IMG/VR virus record: IMGVR_UViG_3300030098_004191
Location: 1-64,000 of that record
Length of the DNA: 64,000 nucleotides
From: a virus
Direction: 5' to 3' (one strand)
Part shown: positions 40,038 through 47,892 of the stretch, piece after piece
Layout of the letters: each line of letters begins with the position of its first letter
Numbering within the stretch: position 1 is the stretch's first letter
Position numbers and translations under genes: made by a program
The notes under the pieces: generated by a model
Told to the model about the DNA's origin: nothing
Seen by the model: only the letters and a program-made list of their open reading frames with translations
Database searches by the model: none

Positions 40038-40250
40038 AAAAAAAGTATTGAGAGAGTGGGGCATCGACATAGGTTTCACCTATATGCCCAAATTTACCCT
40101 ATAGGAATCGCTTACACCTGAACCCCTACTAACACAACTCCTAACCAAAAATGGATGTATGTTGGTTTACAAGGACTTACAACAATAAGAGCGAATCGTT
40201 GATGTACGCCTTGTGCTTTTGGGTATAGGAACCACTTATCTCTCAACTTC
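40038..40250 (-). ncRNA. Putative ~210-nt multi-stem structured RNA
   Basis: No credible ORF; 13-bp closing helix, several internal hairpins, possible loop-loop pairing, promoter element upstream and U-tract downstream. Confidence 0.7.
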
Positions 40251-40299
40251 TATAGTATAGCAGTTTTACGTCATGCTTCAAGGACGGATGTTACAGTTC

Positions 40300-40734
40300 T
40301 TAAGCTGGCACACCAGATGGAATTTCCTTCGGAACTACGTTAGTCTGAAGAACCTCTGTGAAATCCTCATTATACTTCTGATCTATGGCAAAACATTCCC
40401 ACTGATGATCTAATGTAAAGATGTAAACAAATTCTGCATCATTAGCAGGATTCTCTACATAATCATCAAAGTTTAGATCCAAACGTGGTTCAGTATTGTC
40501 TCCTCTGTCATTATAATATTGAACATGAGGTTCTACCTCATTTCTATCCCAATCTGTATCAGAATCACAGCATGAAATGTCTCCACCATCAAGTAACTCT
40601 GCAACCTTCTCTCTTGTGTTAAACTTTGCATTTAAAGTAACACCTAGCCATTGAGGATAACCATCCCAATGATGATACACAGATAGAATAGCACCATCCG
40701 CAAGTTGTAATCCAATCCTTGATCTTGTTGCCAT
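40300..40734 (-). CDS. Conserved phage hypothetical protein
   Basis: MATRSRIG..SVYHHWDGYP..L..GGDIS..Y..RG..EFVYIF. Confidence 0.8.
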   Translation of the reverse strand: MATRSRIGLQLADGAILSVYHHWDGYPQWLGVTLNAKFNTREKVAELLDGGDISCCDSDTDWDRNEVEPHVQYYNDRGDNTEPRLDLNFDDYVENPANDAEFVYIFTLDHQWECFAIDQKYNEDFTEVLQTNVVPKEIPSGVPA

Positions 40735-41062
40735 TTAAAAAAAGGGGGTTAAAAAACACGTGGGATGTTAGTTCTTTCTTCGGTTGCGAACCGAGAGGCA
40801 CATCCATCTCCTCGTTTTTGTGTGTGGGACTTACAACTTCAAAACTGTCTTTTCAGATGTCTAGGACATCAGCAGTACAAGAGGTCTCCAAACATAAAGA
40901 GCAGTTTTCCACAGAATGAATCAAAGATCATCTGATTGTTGCTCACCCCTGCCTTGCGTTTGCCCAATGGTGAGAGAAACAAAAAACGGAGACAGTGCAT
41001 TACTCTTTCGGTCATGTGTCTGCTTCTGAGTCAGACTAGAAAGAAACCGTCTTTGTTTCCCA
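40735..41062 (-). ncRNA. Putative ~320-nt three-domain structured RNA (or tandem RNAs)
   Basis: No credible ORF; 15-bp, 13-bp and several shorter helices; 8-nt long-range complementarity; promoter element upstream, U-tracts downstream. Confidence 0.7.
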
Positions 41063-41070
41063 TGTGCTTA

Positions 41071-42057
41071 TTATAGTGCATCAAGCAATGGATTCCACTC
41101 AACCTGTGACTCTTTCTCAAGTGGCACAAGCCCCACTAGCGATTTGTTGAATAATGCTCTACCATCATCATTCAGATCAAATAGTATGTAGTTTCTACCA
41201 TTCAGTATGGCAGATCTACCTACTGTTCCACTACCAGCACAAGGATCTAATACTGTTGATCCTTCATTACTAAACATGTTCACAATCCTATTCAACAGTG
41301 ATATAGGTTTCTGTGTAGCATAATCTAACTTCTCTATACCTTGAATCTGTTTAATATCAGTCCATACATCCTTAACAGGAATACCATCCATTTCATCAAA
41401 ATACTTCTTGACTCTTGGAATACCTGTCTTTGGTGAATATTCAAGTCTATTATCTTCATCTAACATTATCATTCTTTCTTTTGATATATGCCATTGAAGA
41501 TTATTACCCTTCCATGTATATCTTAAGTTAGGTCTTGATACTACATTAGGTTGTCTATTAACTAATGCACTCGTTTGATATTTCTTATTACGATATGGAC
41601 AAGTCTTAGCTTTCTTAATAGTTTCAGGATCATATTCTTTATGTTCAGGATTGTAAATTGATTCTTTACCTTTCTGATAAACAATTATACTATCATGGTG
41701 ACGTTGTAATTGTTTCTTAGACTTGTGATTCCCACCTGAAACCCATACTATCTCGTTCTTAAATCTATTCTCACCAAATATATCATCTAGTACAATTCTA
41801 ATGTGGTGAGATACTTTTGGTTCAACATGTACTACGATATTACCAACATCACTCAACACTCTATAACATTCTAGTAGTAATGGTCTTATCAATAATTCCC
41901 TATAATCACTACTAGATTTAAACTTGTCATCAAAGTGATAAAAGTCTCTTCCAGTACAATAGGGTGGATCAACATAAATGAGATCCACCGAATTAGAATC
42001 TACTTGCTTAAGTAGTTCTCTACTGTCACCTATTCTATACTCGTTTAGCATTTTCAA
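41071..42057 (-). CDS. DNA methyltransferase, N6-A/N4-C beta class
   Basis: DLIYVDPPY, FKNEIVW, YATQKP, VLDPCAGSGT. Confidence 0.92.
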   Translation of the reverse strand: MKMLNEYRIGDSRELLKQVDSNSVDLIYVDPPYCTGRDFYHFDDKFKSSSDYRELLIRPLLLECYRVLSDVGNIVVHVEPKVSHHIRIVLDDIFGENRFKNEIVWVSGGNHKSKKQLQRHHDSIIVYQKGKESIYNPEHKEYDPETIKKAKTCPYRNKKYQTSALVNRQPNVVSRPNLRYTWKGNNLQWHISKERMIMLDEDNRLEYSPKTGIPRVKKYFDEMDGIPVKDVWTDIKQIQGIEKLDYATQKPISLLNRIVNMFSNEGSTVLDPCAGSGTVGRSAILNGRNYILFDLNDDGRALFNKSLVGLVPLEKESQVEWNPLLDAL

Positions 42058-42598
42058 GTGAGAGTACCGTTTCCTTTGCTTTACCTCTATACTTATCCAT
42101 TATAGCAGCAGGAACATTCTTTAACAATATGTCGGGATGATTAGGATTAACCAACTCATTCACTGGAATAGCAATGACTTCAAATCCATTTGTATTCATA
42201 AAGTCAAACTCACTTGTAGGTACTACAAATAATGCAGCATCAAATTCATCTGAACCGTAGGCAACATGACCTGATGCACTCTTAGCACCAGCGTTCTTCT
42301 GACTATTTCTACGTGTTGTCTCTAAGAATAGTTTTGGTCTTCCTGATTTCTGCTTACCACCACGATACTTAACTTGATCTCTTACTGTTGCTTCAGTTAA
42401 TATATCCCATGTGGATTCATTACCATTAGCATCATTCTCTGCACCTTCACTATTGATGCCACACTCTTCTTTCAACCAACGTCTAGCATATCCTTCAGCA
42501 ACAAACTGAAGAAACTTGCCGATGTCTCTTATATTATTTTCTTGGACTTTCTCTTGATATGCTTCAAGAATCAAGTCCTGTATGCTGTAATTACGCAT
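42035..42598 (-). CDS. Putative PD-(D/E)xK-type restriction endonuclease
   Basis: AE...WDIL-x6-DQVKYR pattern, Y..DEFD; overlaps the methyltransferase start by 23 nt. Confidence 0.55.
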   Translation of the reverse strand: MRNYSIQDLILEAYQEKVQENNIRDIGKFLQFVAEGYARRWLKEECGINSEGAENDANGNESTWDILTEATVRDQVKYRGGKQKSGRPKLFLETTRRNSQKNAGAKSASGHVAYGSDEFDAALFVVPTSEFDFMNTNGFEVIAIPVNELVNPNHPDILLKNVPAAIMDKYRGKAKETVLSLENAKRV

Positions 42599-42679
42599 TG
42601 AGGATTAAATGATTTCTATAGGCATTATAATACCTCTCACATAAAAATGCAAGAGGTATGTGAAGCTTTTTAAACTGTC

Positions 42680-42946
42680 CTATTCGTCGTACACTCTGCA
42701 CTCAAATGCGTCAGGATGATTATCACAGTAAACTTCTAAGTGTTGATCTTGGTGTCTAGTGTGATAGTCATTAATAGCACCATCATTTGAATCTACCTTA
42801 TCATCTTTATGATACTCATCATAATTAGCATGAACATCTTTCAGATCTGCTTCTGTGTACTCTAACATTCCATGATTAACATGTTCTTTATGATCTTTAG
42901 GATCAAGATATACTTCGTGTTCTAAATCGTGTTTGATTTCAGACAT
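42680..42946 (-). CDS. cp12: CP12-like Calvin-cycle inhibitor, His-rich
   Basis: C-terminal LEVYCDNHPDAFECRVYDE is the CP12 signature. Confidence 0.85.
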   Translation of the reverse strand: MSEIKHDLEHEVYLDPKDHKEHVNHGMLEYTEADLKDVHANYDEYHKDDKVDSNDGAINDYHTRHQDQHLEVYCDNHPDAFECRVYDE

Positions 42947-43157
42947 CTAGTAAGACCTCCCTGAGTGGTTCCATTTTAAGGAATTGTTCATCCATATTAT
43001 AATATAATTTATAGTTTTCTGTCGTCAAATAGTATCCTTTTATGTCATTTCCATCACAATGCCAACCATAGGCATTAAGACGTTCATCAACACCATCTAT
43101 TCTTAACTTTTTACCACCTGAAAGGTAGTCGTGATATCTTTCGTCTAAGTTAATCAT
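42939..43157 (-). CDS. Conserved cyanophage hypothetical protein
   Basis: MINLDERYHDYL..RIDGV.E...YGW.CDG..I.GYY. Confidence 0.7.
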   Translation of the reverse strand: MINLDERYHDYLSGGKKLRIDGVDERLNAYGWHCDGNDIKGYYLTTENYKLYYNMDEQFLKMEPLREVLLDV

Positions 43158-43243
43158 TGCCTCTGGAAGTATGTGTTGGTATTATAACATAAGTGCTATA
43201 TCTTATCTATAAACTTTATATTTGCTTTATACTACCTACACAT

Positions 43244-43762
43244 TTATTCATCATCTTGCTTTGGCCACCAAAAACCGTCTGCTGTCATCTCGTAACCAGC
43301 ATCAATCATTTCTTGATATGATTTATGTGCTGTATGTGGATCTTGTTCCATAGCATTATATGAATCTAATGTATATGGTGGTGCTATTCCATCCTCATTA
43401 GGATGTAAGTTTGGTGAATCTAACTTAAATCTTTTTTTATCTTCAGATGTTGGTGTATATTCATATCCATACTTCTGCAAGTATTTGTTAAACTCTCTTT
43501 CAGGTACTTCACCATTCCAATATTCACTCTCAGTATATTCTTTATCCAAATTGACATCATCAGAATTTCCATTTAACTTAGAATATAATCTCACACTTGT
43601 ATTAAAACATGCCTTATGATATCTCATGTTATTTCTAACAGTTTCTAAGATAGTATTATATATTTCATCAGAATCACAATCAGACTCTATTGCATCATTC
43701 ACCCACATTTTTAGGTTTTCGAGAGAATAACTTTTTGGATCAGATTCTTGAGTCATTGTCAT
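43244..43762 (-). CDS. Hypothetical protein
   Basis: YSLENLKMWVNDA N-terminus; MIDAGYEMTADGFW C-terminus. Confidence 0.65.
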   Translation of the reverse strand: MTMTQESDPKSYSLENLKMWVNDAIESDCDSDEIYNTILETVRNNMRYHKACFNTSVRLYSKLNGNSDDVNLDKEYTESEYWNGEVPEREFNKYLQKYGYEYTPTSEDKKRFKLDSPNLHPNEDGIAPPYTLDSYNAMEQDPHTAHKSYQEMIDAGYEMTADGFWWPKQDDE

Positions 43763-43934
43763 ACTTAATTGCTTGATCTATAATAACTTGTATCTCTTTA
43801 CTTGTCAAGTCATTTAAGAATTTCCAATTAGGATCTTGTCTGTCCCATTCAAGAGAAAATGAACCATCTTCATTCTGATTCACTTTTAGACTGTCGTTCA
43901 TCATCTTTGATTTGTTTTCTAACCTGTTTAGCAT
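43740..43934 (-). CDS. Conserved cyanophage hypothetical protein
   Basis: QNEDGSFSLEWDRQDPNWKFLNDLTSKEI. Confidence 0.7.
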   Translation of the reverse strand: MLNRLENKSKMMNDSLKVNQNEDGSFSLEWDRQDPNWKFLNDLTSKEIQVIIDQAIKYDNDSRI

Positions 43935-43960
43935 AATATACTTCCTGTTCTGTGTACCAG

Positions 43961-44218
43961 TCAGGGTGTTTCTTGGCTCTCTTTATTAATTTCTTTGCTG
44001 CTTTCTTGGTACTCCAATCTGCTGACATATTTACGGATTTGTGATATTCTACTGAATAAGGTATTTATATCTGATTCTAATGTGTATAATTGCTTAGAAT
44101 AATACATATTCTCTTCAGTCAAATACTCAACTTCATCCTCAAGTATCTCAATCCTAGTCAGTAGTTGATCTCTCATCAACAACATCTCATCATAGAGGTT
44201 ATTTCTTCTTAAGTTCAT
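43961..44218 (-). CDS. Coiled-coil hypothetical protein (start uncertain)
   Basis: Heptad pattern. Confidence 0.55.
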   Translation of the reverse strand: MNLRRNNLYDEMLLMRDQLLTRIEILEDEVEYLTEENMYYSKQLYTLESDINTLFSRISQIRKYVSRLEYQESSKEINKESQETP

Positions 44219-44342
44219 CTAATACCTGTGTTGACTTATCTAATTGGTCTAATGCTTCCAACACCTCAGATGTTTCTTCCCAACTCCATTCTTGGTTGTG
44301 CTGTTCATTCTTCTTTTCAATCTTATGTGTTTTAGTTGACAT
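44199..44342 (-). CDS. Small hypothetical protein (47 aa)
   Basis: MSTKTHKIEKKNEQHNQEWSWEETSEVLEAL... Confidence 0.55.
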   Translation of the reverse strand: MSTKTHKIEKKNEQHNQEWSWEETSEVLEALDQLDKSTQVLDELKKK

Positions 44343-44499
44343 TTCTCTTCTGAGTAGTTACATCATACTCTATCACAATCTTTTTAGATTGTCTACCTGT
44401 ACTATCGTAGGTTGTAAAACTTTGCAGTGTACCACCTAACTCATTTACTCCCATGTGAGTAAATGCTGCTAGTATTTCCTTTTCATTTCTTTTGGTCAT
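44332..44499 (-). CDS. Small hypothetical protein (55 aa)
   Basis: MTKRNEKEILAAFTHMGVNELGGTLQSFTTYDSTGRQSKKIVIEYDV...; ATGA overlap with the ho1 stop. Confidence 0.6.
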   Translation of the reverse strand: MTKRNEKEILAAFTHMGVNELGGTLQSFTTYDSTGRQSKKIVIEYDVTTQKRNVN

Positions 44500-45173
44500 G
44501 TTAATTTACCTTTAATGAATCCTATGATAATCTGGATGAATGACTTTAAAGAATTACCTTCTAATTGATCGAACATGTGCATGTTTAATCTAAATGCCCA
44601 GTTTGCCTCAACAATTATTGCATTTTGTTGTGCTTCTGTCAATGGTAGTTCATCAAGTATGCTACGATACTTAGTCTTGTACTCCTTGGCATTATCTATC
44701 TTATCAAACTCATAGAAGTATAATCCTTCACCATTTAAGTTCATTGCCTTTTCAGCAATATTCTTAAGTATCTGTCCACCTGATAGATCACCCAAGTATC
44801 TGGTATAATGATGACCAACTAATAGTTCGGGTTCAGTTTTTGCAACCTCATGTATTCTATCAACATATCTCTGACATGCTTCAGTTGGTTGAATCAATGA
44901 CCTCCACATTGGACCATAATAATATCTCAAATCCCGTTCAAGGCTATTAACTCTCTCTAACTCTGGTAGATATAATTTACCAATAACAGGATCATTCTTA
45001 AATATCCTGAAGTCTTCCTCTATTGCAGTATAAACAAAGTATAGGTCAGCAACCAATACTTTATAACTGTCCTTACTAACAACACCACGTAAGAATGATT
45101 TTACAAATGCTGTATTCTCTGCTGCTGAATGTGATTTTTTAGTTCCTTCTTTAATCTCTTTTGAAAATGTCAT
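44496..45173 (-). CDS. ho1: Heme oxygenase (auxiliary metabolic gene)
   Basis: EGTKKSHSAAENT, LVGHHYTRYLGDLSGGQIL, EANWAFRLN; start 45173 is ATGA-coupled to the upstream gene. Confidence 0.95.
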   Translation of the reverse strand: MTFSKEIKEGTKKSHSAAENTAFVKSFLRGVVSKDSYKVLVADLYFVYTAIEEDFRIFKNDPVIGKLYLPELERVNSLERDLRYYYGPMWRSLIQPTEACQRYVDRIHEVAKTEPELLVGHHYTRYLGDLSGGQILKNIAEKAMNLNGEGLYFYEFDKIDNAKEYKTKYRSILDELPLTEAQQNAIIVEANWAFRLNMHMFDQLEGNSLKSFIQIIIGFIKGKLT

Positions 45174-45562
45174 TTCTTTTTCCTGACTGGTACTTCTAGT
45201 GTCCATGATGATGATTCCAATTTAACCATATCAAAGTTCTTTTTAAACTCTTTCTCTCTTGCCTTCCTCTCTTTCTCCATTGTTAGTTCAATGGTTTCAA
45301 TACTTCTCTCACCATAATGAGATTTCTGTGGATGTTGCAAACCCATGTAATCATAGATCGCAGTATCTACCATAAAGTAAAGTGTATCCCAAGTCAAAGT
45401 ATCTCTCAAGTTAGATGCAATTCTATCTACATCATTTTCATCAAGATACTCACCAGTTGCTACTGCCTTTGAGTAATCTTCATATTGAGTCAAGAGTTTT
45501 GCTCTAATCTCTACCAACTTATTAAGGTTGATAGTAATTTTCACATCATCGTCTATAGCCAT
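45170..45562 (-). CDS. Conserved cyanophage hypothetical protein
   Basis: MAIDDDVKITINLNKLVE; perfect promoter upstream. Confidence 0.7.
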   Translation of the reverse strand: MAIDDDVKITINLNKLVEIRAKLLTQYEDYSKAVATGEYLDENDVDRIASNLRDTLTWDTLYFMVDTAIYDYMGLQHPQKSHYGERSIETIELTMEKERKAREKEFKKNFDMVKLESSSWTLEVPVRKKK

Positions 45563-45584
45563 GATAAGTTACATGTGTCTGTAT

Positions 45585-45613
45585 ATTATAAAACCCCTGA
45601 CACGATGTGTCAA
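45585..45613 (-). promoter_or_regulatory. Perfect sigma70 promoter TTGACA-N17-TATAAT overlapping a hairpin
   Basis: Exact consensus; AACCCTTGACAC/GTGTCAGGGGTT inverted repeat. Confidence 0.85.
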
Positions 45614-45696
45614 GGGTTGTTGTGATTCTTTAATTACCGTTAAGGTGGATGCGTGTATTTTATCATTTGTTTGTTAAGATTAAACGTGTACTCGTT

Positions 45697-45855
45697 TTAG
45701 ATTAAAACCTCCTTACATATACGTTTACAAACATGTTGGTCGTCTTCACAGTCAATTAGACACTCGTAGTATTCTGTGAGTAAATCATCTTGTGAATCTG
45801 CATATTCCATATGTTTTGATCCAGCGAGTTGATTAAATGAAATTAAGTTGTGCAT
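45697..45855 (-). CDS. Small Cys-rich protein of cyanobacterial/cyanophage type (start 45855)
   Basis: MHNLISFNQLAG..EYYECLIDCEDDQHVCKRIC; GGAGG SD; TCTAAATA box at 45922-45929. Confidence 0.7.
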   Translation of the reverse strand: MHNLISFNQLAGSKHMEYADSQDDLLTEYYECLIDCEDDQHVCKRICKEVLI

Positions 45856-45986
45856 AATTGCCTCCAATGAACTACAATAACAAAGAGTTTTAGTGCATCT
45901 TGTTATTCCTAATTCTATCACTATTTAGACAAATAGTGTCTGTATTCCCTGATACATTTAACAAAAATTTATGCCTATTAGTAATA

Positions 45987-46295
45987 CTAATACTCTCTTT
46001 TCTCTGACATATAATATGCACCCAACGCTCCACTCATTAGAGTTTCACTAATATCACCATTAGGAGTTTCAACTGTAGGTGTTACATAATTATTCTTCTT
46101 ACCAAATGGTATTGGATCAGCATGTGGATTAGGTATATCTTTAATATACTCAATGACACTATCTCTTAGTGCCATCATTTCATCATAACACCCTTGATTA
46201 TAAGCACATCCTCTGAGCTTACTGTCAGGTTTATATAATGACTCTAATAATAGAGTCTTACCACGATCCCATTTTTCAATCTCAGTCTCTTTCAT
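45987..46295 (-). CDS. Hypothetical protein
   Basis: KWDRGKTLLLESLYKPD..LRGCAYNQGCY. Confidence 0.65.
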   Translation of the reverse strand: MKETEIEKWDRGKTLLLESLYKPDSKLRGCAYNQGCYDEMMALRDSVIEYIKDIPNPHADPIPFGKKNNYVTPTVETPNGDISETLMSGALGAYYMSEKREY

Positions 46296-46504
46296 TTCTT
46301 CCTAGATTCTTTTAGTATGTATGATCTGGCAGAGTCAAAGTTTCTGCAAGTATGTACCCATTCACCATTATGGATGATGGCAAGTTTCTTACCACCCTCC
46401 ATAGTTGGTATTGCTGCCCATGTTCCATCTTTGGTTACATAACCTTGTTTCTTTTGGATGGCATCTTTATAGAATGTTTGATAATTAGAATTTCGCATTA
46501 ACAC
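46292..46504 (-). CDS. Conserved cyanophage hypothetical protein
   Basis: GYVTKDGTWAAIP..IIHNG. Confidence 0.7.
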   Translation of the reverse strand: MLMRNSNYQTFYKDAIQKKQGYVTKDGTWAAIPTMEGGKKLAIIHNGEWVHTCRNFDSARSYILKESRKK

Positions 46505-46625
46505 TCACTACTCTGGCAGTTGGGTTCCTTGCAAGTGCAGTCTGTCTTGCCTCATCATAATTTCTGGCATAAACTTCTTCCTTGAAAAGTGTACCAGCAA
46601 CATAGAGTTGGACTTCACATTTCAT
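46485..46625 (-). CDS. Small conserved hypothetical protein (46 aa)
   Basis: MKCEVQLYVAGTLFKEEVYARNYDEARQTALARNPTARVVSVNAKF; AAGGAG SD. Confidence 0.7.
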   Translation of the reverse strand: MKCEVQLYVAGTLFKEEVYARNYDEARQTALARNPTARVVSVNAKF

Positions 46626-46651
46626 AGTGTTCTCCTTTTGATGTACCCATA

Positions 46652-47611
46652 TTATATAATATCCAATATGTTTACGGTGGCTTCTTGTGACACTTCTTCA
46701 ACTGGATGATATTCTTCAATTCTTTTCTGAATTAGATTACCATAGTCTTCATGTAACTCACACCCTATGTAATCTCTACCTAATGACTTAGCAACCATAG
46801 CAGTGGTTCCTGATCCCATGAATGGATCTAATACACAATCACCTTCCTGACTACCTGCCTTGATACATGGTTCAATCAAATCAGGTGGAAATACTGCAAA
46901 GTGTGATCCTCTGTATGGTTTATTGGTTATTGACCATACACTTCTCTTATTCTTAGTTGGATATGATTTAGAAAGACCTGAATGTGGTTGTAGTCCTGTT
47001 CCTTCATTGTGATACTTACCATTAGTTCTATCTCTGGTTCCCCAGTCCTTTGCTGGTTCCTTTATTGCTTCATTATCATAGAAGTATTTCTTATTCTTAC
47101 TCAACAGAAAAATATACTCATGTGACTTGGTACATCTATCTCTCACACTCTCAGGCATAGGATTAGGTTTATGCCATATAATATCCTGTCTCAAATACCA
47201 TCCATCTGCTCTCAATGCAAACGCAAGCATCCAAGGAATACCAATGAGATCCTTCTCTTTGAGTCCATCTAATCTATTACTACGTTTAGGTGAATACTCT
47301 GGTAGATCCTGATTATTACTTGCAACAGTCTGTTTAACGTATGCTTTTCCAGGTCTATAGTTATAATAACTATCACCAATGTTTAACCACAATGTACCAT
47401 CATCAGTCAGAACATCTCTAACACCTCTGAATACCTCTACAAGGTTTTGTATGTACTCTTCAGGTGTATTTTCCTGTCCTATCTGTTTATCCTCATCTCC
47501 ATAGTTCCTCAGACCGTAGTATGGTGGAGATGTAACACACATTCTGGCAGTCTTTGGTAGAAATGCCGACAGTGTTTCTTTACAGTCACCAAATAATATT
47601 GTATCTCTCAT
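46652..47611 (-). CDS. DNA methyltransferase, beta class (SPPY, probably N4-cytosine)
   Basis: CVTSPPYYGLR, WLNIGDSY, IIWHKPNPMPES, HFAVFP, VLDPFMGSGTT. Confidence 0.93.
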   Translation of the reverse strand: MRDTILFGDCKETLSAFLPKTARMCVTSPPYYGLRNYGDEDKQIGQENTPEEYIQNLVEVFRGVRDVLTDDGTLWLNIGDSYYNYRPGKAYVKQTVASNNQDLPEYSPKRSNRLDGLKEKDLIGIPWMLAFALRADGWYLRQDIIWHKPNPMPESVRDRCTKSHEYIFLLSKNKKYFYDNEAIKEPAKDWGTRDRTNGKYHNEGTGLQPHSGLSKSYPTKNKRSVWSITNKPYRGSHFAVFPPDLIEPCIKAGSQEGDCVLDPFMGSGTTAMVAKSLGRDYIGCELHEDYGNLIQKRIEEYHPVEEVSQEATVNILDII

Positions 47612-47892
47612 TTTGTCTGTTCTGATACTATTGCCTTCAACTTACCATCATCAATGGTAATGTTTATTTGATGTTGTAGATCCTTATCAGTATTCATAAG
47701 TCTAATATCTATTGCAGCACCCTTCCCATAACATTGCATGAATAACTTATTACACTTGACCTCCCATCTCTCTGGACTCTCAGCATGTTTATATACAGGA
47801 TTTGAGTGCTTGTCCTCATATCCCTTCACCCAAGGTGTATTATCATTTAAGTTTAACCAGTTCTTCATGTTGTCCTCCATGCCACATAACAT
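47608..47892 (-). CDS. Hypothetical protein (start uncertain)
   Basis: Coupled overlap with the methyltransferase. Confidence 0.6.
   Translation of the reverse strand: MLCGMEDNMKNWLNLNDNTPWVKGYEDKHSNPVYKHAESPERWEVKCNKLFMQCYGKGAAIDIRLMNTDKDLQHQINITIDDGKLKAIVSEQTK

Noticed and set aside
40619-40807. 62-aa minus-strand ORF with GAGGAG just upstream
   Set aside because: SD-like sequence abuts the ATG, the ORF overlaps the 40300-40734 gene out of frame, and it lies in a strongly base-paired domain; not fully excluded
40940-41040. Hammerhead (CUGA..GAAA) or c-di-GMP riboswitch (GGCAAAC..CGCAA) resemblance
   Set aside because: CUGAnGA core and the c-di-GMP P2/P3 architecture are incomplete; only short word matches
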